Positions 6,474-11,830 of a stretch of DNA of 11,830 bases are shown here, in pieces (position 1 is the stretch's first letter; the number at the start of each line of letters is the position of its first letter). Below the pieces are notes generated by a model. That model was not told the DNA's origin. It worked only from the letters and a program-made list of their open reading frames with translations, and searched no databases. The stretch lies in the sequence record NZ_CP072183.1. One strand, 5' to 3'. The DNA is from a plasmid. Made by a program: the position numbers and the translations under genes.

Positions 6474-6653
6474 TCACTGCTTTGATAACCAGTCCTCAAT
6501 GATATTTGATTTGGTCACGCTGACATGGTACTTAGCCAGTTCCGGATTTTGATTCACTTCCTGTTGCTTTTTTGCGACCAGCTGATTCAATTTTGCAATC
6601 GCCTGATCGGTCAAAGTGAACATGACCCGGTGTGTTTCGTCTTGCTTTGTCAT
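6474..6653 (-). CDS. Small (59 aa) ribbon-helix-helix-like DNA-binding protein (MTKQDETHRVMFTLTDQAIAKLNQLVAKK...). Candidate partition or copy-control regulator (ParR/CopG-like).
   Basis: Found by hand, below the track's size cut-off. Strong RBS (AGGAGG, 8 nt before the ATG at 6653). Predicted beta-strand then helix pattern of RHH proteins. Terminated by the bidirectional terminator. Confidence 0.55.
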   Translation of the reverse strand: MTKQDETHRVMFTLTDQAIAKLNQLVAKKQQEVNQNPELAKYHVSVTKSNIIEDWLSKQ

Positions 6654-6979
6654 TTCAAAAACCTCCTGAATGGTGATGATGAATGGTCGTCTAGCAAACC
6701 AACGCGGCGTTTAAATAGCGTCACGTTACCGGACGAGTTTTGGTCAACAGTTGCGACGGCCCTGGTCAAAACGTGAACGTTTTTCTCCAAGCAAAAGATC
6801 AAAATAAATTGAGTTGCTATCCAATCCTTCTCAAAAATCGGCTCGCCTGGATCGACCACTTTTTGAGACTGCTTGGAACGCGCCTAAAATCATGAAAGAG
6901 CATAAGGCAAAACTGACCCCAAAATTGGGGTAAACCGCAGTGCGGTTTGGTTTGTCGTGATAGCACGTTGGGGTCAAAA

Positions 6980-7116
6980 GGTGTAGTAAAACGCCATTTA
7001 CTCCACGTGAAAAAATTACGAACGTGTAGTAAAACGCGTTTTACTACACGTGGATGATGCCAGTTACGACAAGGGCTAGCGCCATTCACTACACGTAAAC
7101 AGTTTTTTACTACACC
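6980..7116. promoter_or_regulatory. Cluster of six copies of the 9-bp motif TACTACACG/CGTGTAGTA, arranged as an imperfect palindrome (6980-7008), a perfect 30-bp palindrome (7022-7051: acgtgtagtaaaacgcgttttactacacgt) and a direct pair (7087-7116). Operator or centromere-like protein-binding array.
   Basis: Repeats read directly. Spacing between centres is about 43 and 65 bp. Lies upstream of the RHH-like gene. Confidence 0.5.
7071..7089. repeat. 19-bp direct repeat copy 2 (aagggctaGcgccattcac)
   Basis: See 6269-6287. Confidence 0.5.
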
Positions 7117-7468
7117 TGAGCAAGATTATTCGCTTATTGGGCATAAACGAACGATTTTTGGTGTTTCAGCGCGTACAGCTATATAGTAGCTTGTCTGCAA
7201 CTCGGCATACGTATAGTGAGTTGCTCGAATTGAAGCGTAGATGTTGCTTTAACAGAAACTGTCGAGATGCTTGTAAATTAACAGAACGTTGAATTAGCCG
7301 AAGCTTTAAAGTTGCACAAATAGCAACTGATATGTTTATCAAATGCAACTCATATATTACACAATGTTCAACTTGAATGAAACTCTAAATGCAAGTGGGT
7401 GTCAACACCACGTGTAACATCGTGAGAAGGTCAGCGAAAAGATGGCGGCAGATGCTGTTTAAATTTTG

Positions 7469-7526
7469 ATTTTGAAGGGGGACTCACCTCCCTTCAAAAT
7501 AACAGGGGGATTGGGGGCGTGCCCCC
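7469..7526. other. Two adjacent G/C-rich hairpins (ttgaaggggg-actcac-ctcccttcaa and ttggggg-cgtg-cccccaa) with no U-tracts
   Basis: 8-bp and 7-bp perfect stems. Not followed by T-runs on either strand. Confidence 0.4.
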
Positions 7527-7573
7527 AAACAAAATTGACGATCAGCGCAGCTGAGATTCTGTCAATTCATCGT

Positions 7574-7589
7574 AAGTGTACGTACACTT
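7574..7589. promoter_or_regulatory. Perfect 16-bp palindrome aagtgtacgtacactt, about 240 bp upstream of the toxin operon promoter
   Basis: Exactly self-complementary. Operator-like. Confidence 0.4.
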
Positions 7590-7827
7590 GCAAATCTCGC
7601 GACAGTAGAAAAACGTCAAAAAGGAAAATTTGGCATTTACGGATTTTGCTTTTTATTTGGGATTCATAGTTAACACTAGATCACTTAAAAATAACGGATT
7701 TTCAATGGAGACGCTAATTACTTTTGAGCTATTCAAGCACATTTTTCTTAGCACATTTAGCGACTTCTTCGGCGTGCTTCGTTCTAGATCAATTCACTTA
7801 GGCAGTGGTTTTATAGGCTAATAATAA

Positions 7828-7856
7828 TTGAGCTTTATGAGTTGTTCAGCTATAAA
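7828..7856 (+). promoter_or_regulatory. Candidate sigma-A promoter of the toxin-immunity operon (TTGAGC-17 bp-TATAAA)
   Basis: -35 at 7828-7833 and -10 at 7851-7856. This would put the TSS downstream of the track ATG at 7842. Confidence 0.45.
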
Positions 7857-7928
7857 ATAGCGACTATACTGCTCAATGTATACAGTTATTGCCAGGCACT
7901 GAAGAACTTTGGAAAGAAGATAATAGGC

Positions 7929-8831
7929 GTGAAAAAGTGGAAAGTTATTGGGCTAATATTCGGGCTCTTTCTAGTCAATTTGCTTGGGTATTCAACAATT
8001 GTATCCGCAGACACAACACAATCTTTAAATCAAATTGTTTCAACTGAAAGCCGTATTAGCGATAACAATACTCAACTGACCAATGCTGACAAGTTATCAA
8101 GAAGTAATCCAGAAAATGGACAACCAATTATCGCTTCTGGAAAACAAGTGGTACTGAATAATAGTCATGGCAATGGCATAAGTTCTCGTGCAGAAGTTCC
8201 TGTTACAAATATTACCTGGCACTTATCGGAAGAATACATATCCGGAAAATTCAGAGTCAATTTCTGGATTGATTCTATTGAGGGTGTCCCGCCAGCCGCA
8301 GTTGATGTGCAAATTGAATTTAATACTGAGCCTACCCTTGCAGGTCCGGTGAATGCCAATACGCTGGCACCCATTAGCAAAATAGGCGGTTTGCAAACAG
8401 GATTACTTGGTTTTACAGAATTGCCAGCCAAAACCACATTTTTTAACGTTGCTGGCGCTGTTGGATTTATAGGAGTTAATGGAGCGGCTAATGTAAAACC
8501 AATCCCACCAACGGCCATCTATTTACAAAATAAAATAGGACAGAATTTCCCTGAATATGTTGATCCCGTGTCTAAAAAAGATGCAGAAACACCTATTAAT
8601 ACTACCTGGACTAAGTTATCAAAATCTCCTAGTTGGTCATCAAAAGATAGATATATTTATATTAAAACGTTCAGTGAAACATATGGCAATCAATCTGCAG
8701 ATTTTTGGAGTTCTCGAGAAGTGCATCATATTCGCCCGAGAGTTTATGGCGGAACAAATGACTTTAATAATTTGATGCCGGTGTTAACACCAAATCATCG
8801 GTTGATCACCGCGTGGTTTAACAACTATTGA
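7929..8831 (+). CDS. Secreted toxin with an N-terminal Sec signal peptide (MKKWKVIGLIFGLFLVNLLGYSTIVSA|DT) and a C-terminal HNH/EndoVII-fold DNase domain of the colicin E9/pyocin (AHH/SHH-like) type: EVHHIRPRVYGGTNDFNNLMPVLTPNHRLI
   Basis: The longest ORF starts at ATG 7842, but a GTG at 7929 gives a canonical signal peptide and lies downstream of the predicted promoter. The C-terminal motif aligns position-by-position with the colicin E9 HNH motif [32 protein letters not shown], recalled from memory. The stop overlaps the RBS of the next gene. Confidence 0.75.
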   Translation: MKKWKVIGLIFGLFLVNLLGYSTIVSADTTQSLNQIVSTESRISDNNTQLTNADKLSRSNPENGQPIIASGKQVVLNNSHGNGISSRAEVPVTNITWHLSEEYISGKFRVNFWIDSIEGVPPAAVDVQIEFNTEPTLAGPVNANTLAPISKIGGLQTGLLGFTELPAKTTFFNVAGAVGFIGVNGAANVKPIPPTAIYLQNKIGQNFPEYVDPVSKKDAETPINTTWTKLSKSPSWSSKDRYIYIKTFSETYGNQSADFWSSREVHHIRPRVYGGTNDFNNLMPVLTPNHRLITAWFNNY

Positions 8832-8843
8832 GGAGGAACTCAT

Positions 8844-9347
8844 TTGGAATCTCTAATTCGGCGAAGAATTAATTCTTTAATAAAGGTGACGAAAAATGGG
8901 GAAAAAGCGCTCTCAACATTCCAATTAGATGGAGATGTGCAAAATGTTTCTTTTAAGATAGAACCTCCTGCACACGCTGATGATATAGAAAAAATAAAAA
9001 GGTGGAACCTTCCACAGGATTACATTGAGTTTCTCTCGATTACTAATGGACTATTTTTATTTGACACAACAATCGAAGGGATTCCTATGGGATATACGTG
9101 TGAAGTCTATTCAATTAGAAAAATGATTAAAGAAAAAGAGGCACTGCCTAAAAGTTTTGTAAATAAAGTACCCATTCTCCATATAAGGGATGTCGGAGAT
9201 ATGTATATTGATATAGAGAAGTATCGGTTAGGAAAATCATATCTAACTCATCCCGGAATAGAAGCAGACCGATATTTCGATTTTTCATTTTCAAAATGGC
9301 TCGATAAATATATGGTGGCGGGAGGCAATGAGTTTTGGAATTTCTGA
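8844..9347 (+). CDS. SUKH-1 (SMI1/KNR4) family immunity protein, 167 aa. TTG start.
   Basis: RBS GAGGAGG at 8830-8836, 7 nt before TTG 8844. Hallmark SUKH-1 motifs W-LPqDYieFL...NG (KRWNLPQDYIEFLSITNGLFLFD) and a C-terminal IRDVGDMYIDI. Translationally coupled to the nuclease gene. Confidence 0.85.
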   Translation: MESLIRRRINSLIKVTKNGEKALSTFQLDGDVQNVSFKIEPPAHADDIEKIKRWNLPQDYIEFLSITNGLFLFDTTIEGIPMGYTCEVYSIRKMIKEKEALPKSFVNKVPILHIRDVGDMYIDIEKYRLGKSYLTHPGIEADRYFDFSFSKWLDKYMVAGGNEFWNF

Positions 9348-9406
9348 TAACAAAGTTGGCCAAGTAGGAAACCAAAAACTTCGAATTGAGATTGATTAGT
9401 GTGCTT

Positions 9407-9437
9407 AATAAGGCTGTCAAAGAAAAACAGCCTTATT
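9407..9437. terminator. Hairpin with an 11-bp perfect stem (aataaggctgt / acagccttatt) between convergent genes. Candidate bidirectional terminator with weak U-tracts.
   Basis: Perfect inverted repeat. Located after the immunity gene stop and after the stop of the minus-strand gene at 9585. Confidence 0.4.
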
Positions 9438-9584
9438 ATCACAAGCTAGATCTCATTAGAGTATAAGATAACATTTATGAAAACTAACGACTTTTGCTTA
9501 AAAACCGCCTAAATTACGTGTTTGTAAGCATAAGAGACAGTTTGAGTGTACTGACTGTCAAGGTGGGGGACAGTTAGTGTAATT

Positions 9585-10343
9585 TCAGGAATTTATAAAG
9601 GAGATTGGTAAGTCTAAATCGACAGTATTATACGTTATAACTAGACCATTGGCAGAGCTTGCGGGAACGCCCTCAATAGTTATTGCAATGGTCTTTTTCT
9701 TTTTTGCTGGAATAGAAATTTTTGAGAATGGCTTTACTTTTAATGAGTTACCTTCTGAATCAGAAACAGTAAGGTATTTGGTATCTAATACGACAGGGAC
9801 AAGGTAGTGATCATTTTTAACCGTTATGTTAAAAGCAGTGGTGTTTTTTATACTGTTCTTGTTTTGTTTTTTAGGGGTAATGGTCATGCTAAATAAAACA
9901 TGCGACTTTCCATTGTACTTAAACTCTTCTCCCATAGGAATTGGCTTTCTTGAAATGGCACTTTTCATAATATGATAACCAATGGGAACAGAAACCACTT
10001 TGGTTTGTATATTATTGTTATGCTTAACCCGTATTGCAAGCTTAGAGGAGGAGGGCTTTAATTCCGAAACGGTATTTTCTCTTTTATTCGAAATGCCAGA
10101 AGAAAGTTGATTCTCTTTAAGATCACTTATCGTATATTTGCTTTTTGGAGAGGTAGCAAATGTGACAGCAATACTGTTACTGTGCTTAATAAGTTTGACT
10201 TTTTTAATAGTAATGGTGGGACGTTCAAACTTATTTGAGGCCGTTCCTTCAGGGTTCATGCGCCATAACACCGCAAGAACAATTACTCCAATTATGCTGA
10301 CAGCCAAGATGAGCCAAAAGTAACGTTTGTTTTTTAAAAGCAT
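9585..10343 (-). CDS. N-terminally membrane-anchored extracytoplasmic protein (about 252 aa), function unknown. Likely beta-rich, DUF4352-like.
   Basis: Start chosen at ATG (plus 10341-10343) with GGAGG 7 nt upstream. The track's TTG at 10349 abuts the SD and was not used. One TM helix (FWLILAVSIIGVIVLAVLW), then a K/S/T/N-rich soluble domain. Confidence 0.75.
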   Translation of the reverse strand: MLLKNKRYFWLILAVSIIGVIVLAVLWRMNPEGTASNKFERPTITIKKVKLIKHSNSIAVTFATSPKSKYTISDLKENQLSSGISNKRENTVSELKPSSSKLAIRVKHNNNIQTKVVSVPIGYHIMKSAISRKPIPMGEEFKYNGKSHVLFSMTITPKKQNKNSIKNTTAFNITVKNDHYLVPVVLDTKYLTVSDSEGNSLKVKPFSKISIPAKKKKTIAITIEGVPASSANGLVITYNTVDLDLPISFINS

Positions 10344-10394
10344 TGACAAGCCTCCGTGAATGCGGTTTCATTTTAAGAAAAAGGGGGAATTAAA

Positions 10395-11480
10395 TTGCGA
10401 AAAGTATGGGCATATATCACTATGATAGCTGCAGCCTTAGCGATAATTCAAGTTCAAACGGTAAGTGTAAGTGCTGATAGTATGGCAAATCCTTTGGCAG
10501 CGAATAGCCATGTTTTACCAAAGAATGATATTGTTTTGACTAACCAGACGACAACACAACAGTTTTTGAATGAAATCATTCGACAATATCAGTATTCTTA
10601 TCCCGATTTTAAAGGGAGTGTCAAAGCTTATACACCTGATCAATATCAGGATTTAAAAGAAGGAAAGAAAGTTCAAGGAATTACGTCCGAATATCTTGCG
10701 AAACTGAATAAATCGTCTAATCATCTATCTGTGAGGACGGTATCACCTGTGTCAAACCCCAATTCGGCGCCGTACAGTTCCGTTGGGGTTTTGAGCACGT
10801 GGTTTTCGATGGCAAATGGTGTCATGGTCATTAACTCACCATACCTTGACAGTTCGTATAAAAAAATCATCTCTAACTCAAATGGCACAGAGCTGAGCAG
10901 TGGAACTTCTGGCGGTACTGGATTTAGCATTGGAGTAGACCGTATAGGGACAGCAGCACACATGTTATATGATGGTCATTATATTTCTGGAGGAATTATT
11001 AACTTTGGTGATAGTCAAGCAAATCATCAAGGGGTCGGTTACGGAGTATTGAATAGATTGATAGTGCCACAGGCATGGATTAATAATTCAACAGCTACTT
11101 CGAATGATTACGGGGCTGCAATTGTCTCTATGAAGTCTGGTAGTATGCCTGCGGGTCTTAATTTAAATACGAACCCTGCTGATACGATGGCAGCAAGATC
11201 CATTGGATTCCCTGGCGATCCGCAATCAGGGTACGAACTTCAAGGAGTCATGGTTCAATCAAGTGGGACTGTCACACCCTTTTCAGAGGACCCACTAGGA
11301 ATATATATTTCACAACAAATTAATTCGTATCATGGCATGTCGGGAGGTCCATTACTTGATGGCAACAATTCGGTTATCGGAATAAACATTCTTGCTTGGT
11401 CGAACGTGCAAGGACAAGAGTATCAGTGGGGATTTCGACGAATGAATAGTGGAGTTGCGGGATTCTTGAGAAATTATTAG
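10395..11480 (+). CDS. Secreted trypsin-like (chymotrypsin-fold, S1 family) serine peptidase, 361 aa, with a signal peptide
   Basis: RBS AAGGGGGAA before TTG 10395. Signal peptide MRKVWAYITMIAAALAIIQVQTVSVSA|DS. Catalytic triad motifs in canonical order: GTAAHM (His), NDYGAAIV (Asp), GMSGGPLL (Ser). Confidence 0.85.
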   Translation: MRKVWAYITMIAAALAIIQVQTVSVSADSMANPLAANSHVLPKNDIVLTNQTTTQQFLNEIIRQYQYSYPDFKGSVKAYTPDQYQDLKEGKKVQGITSEYLAKLNKSSNHLSVRTVSPVSNPNSAPYSSVGVLSTWFSMANGVMVINSPYLDSSYKKIISNSNGTELSSGTSGGTGFSIGVDRIGTAAHMLYDGHYISGGIINFGDSQANHQGVGYGVLNRLIVPQAWINNSTATSNDYGAAIVSMKSGSMPAGLNLNTNPADTMAARSIGFPGDPQSGYELQGVMVQSSGTVTPFSEDPLGIYISQQINSYHGMSGGPLLDGNNSVIGINILAWSNVQGQEYQWGFRRMNSGVAGFLRNY

Positions 11481-11652
11481 TCCTTGTCTAGTCTATCCTA
11501 AAAAAACCAGCGCTAAATGAGATAGCACAAACATTTGGAAGGTGAAATTGAGCTTGCGCCCACATTTTCATAGTCGTCGATACATGTCTAACCAAGTCCA
11601 TGAGCGTTCGATGATCCATCGTTGTGGCAATACTTTAAATATAGACATTAAG

Positions 11653-11693
11653 AATGAGGCAACTTCAACACTATGTGAGGGCCTCATTTTTTT
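11653..11693 (+). terminator. Candidate rho-independent terminator (stem aatgaggc/gcctcatt with a large loop, then T7)
   Basis: 8-bp stem plus T7, about 170 nt after the peptidase stop. The loop is unusually long (20 nt). Confidence 0.4.
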
Positions 11694-11830
11694 GCTAAGT
11701 TCAAAATAAAAGGATTATTTGTGGATCAGGGTTGCCTTTCGAAGCTTTGAAGAGATGAAATGAATCCGAACATATGTTTGCTTTTTGTGACGGCAGACGT
11801 GCTGTCTAAAACAAAAAAGGAGACTTTAAA

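Noticed and set aside
6525-7089. ORFs 6525..6776(+), 6650..6859(-), 6817..7089(-)
   Set aside because: The first is antisense to the RHH-like gene. The other two start with GTG/TTG without an SD and read through operator repeats and hairpins. Composition is not protein-like.
7442-7462. Tiny ORF MAADAV with GAGAAGG upstream, followed by two hairpins (attenuator-like)
   Set aside because: SD spacing is about 11 nt. The hairpins lack U-tracts and no downstream gene is in phase. Too speculative.
7469-7526. Calling the twin G/C hairpins intrinsic terminators, or a G-quadruplex
   Set aside because: Neither strand has a U-run directly after either stem. Only three G5 tracts are present, so a canonical four-tract quadruplex cannot form.
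7166-7821. ORFs 7166..7348(-), 7466..7669(+), 7630..7821(+)
   Set aside because: They lie in an AT-rich, structured non-coding region. The F/L-rich products are typical of translated AT-rich DNA. 7630 has a marginal AAGGAAAA-N1-TTG context but no other support, so it is not called.
7842-7928. ATG 7842 as the start of the nuclease toxin
   Set aside because: It would lie upstream of the best promoter (-10 at 7851-7856) and has no SD. It would also bury the signal peptide 29 residues inside the protein. GTG 7929 is preferred.
8165-8775. ORFs 8165..8518(-), 8557..8775(+)
   Set aside because: Nested within or antisense to the toxin CDS.
9148-9442. ORFs 9148..9420(-), 9248..9442(-)
   Set aside because: Antisense to the SUKH gene and terminator hairpin. 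No SD.
10349-10351. TTG at 10349 as start of the minus-strand membrane protein
   Set aside because: It directly abuts the GGAGG SD (1-nt spacing). The ATG two codons downstream has ideal 7-nt spacing.
10138-10963. ORFs 10138..10323(+), 10721..10963(-)
   Set aside because: Antisense or nested within the membrane-protein and peptidase genes.

Overview
Low-GC Firmicute DNA that looks like a Lactobacillaceae plasmid backbone plus accessory modules. The organism and plasmid assignment is inference from composition, RBS style and gene content. From 5' to 3':

(1) A large cell-wall hydrolase-like gene with three PG-binding-like repeats and a DUF1906/Rv2525c-like domain. An IS30-family insertion sequence (1670-2720; terminal inverted repeats and flanking GGAG duplication both visible) has split it precisely in two. 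The downstream fragment (to 3206) continues the same reading frame once the IS and one GGAG copy are removed.

(2) A small 4-TM membrane protein followed by a strong intrinsic terminator.

(3) An HTH plus coiled-coil protein.

(4) An Fst/par-like type I toxin-antitoxin module that the ORF track missed. It has a 29-aa hydrophobic peptide, convergent terminators, and a direct repeat that places an antisense RNA complementary to the toxin start region.

(5) A Rep_3-family theta replication initiator on the minus strand. Its upstream origin has 4.5 copies of 22-bp iterons, a promoter-proximal hairpin and AT-rich 9-10-bp repeats.

(6) An anomalous GC-rich island.

(7) An unannotated 59-aa ribbon-helix-helix-like ORF with a bidirectional terminator. 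Next to it are six copies of a 9-bp motif (TACTACACG) arranged as two palindromes and one direct pair, which look like operator or centromere sites.

(8) A roughly 700-bp structured non-coding stretch with G/C hairpins and a perfect 16-bp palindrome.

(9) A two-gene operon. It encodes a Sec-signal-peptide protein whose C-terminus matches the colicin E9/pyocin-type HNH DNase motif (E-V-H-H...GG..D..NL...TP.H). A tightly coupled SUKH-1 (SMI1/KNR4) immunity protein follows it. This is a candidate secreted nuclease-bacteriocin/immunity pair and is the most interesting system in the window.

(10) A divergent pair: an N-terminally membrane-anchored extracytoplasmic protein and a secreted trypsin-like S1 serine peptidase.

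No rRNA, tRNA or CRISPR features were found.
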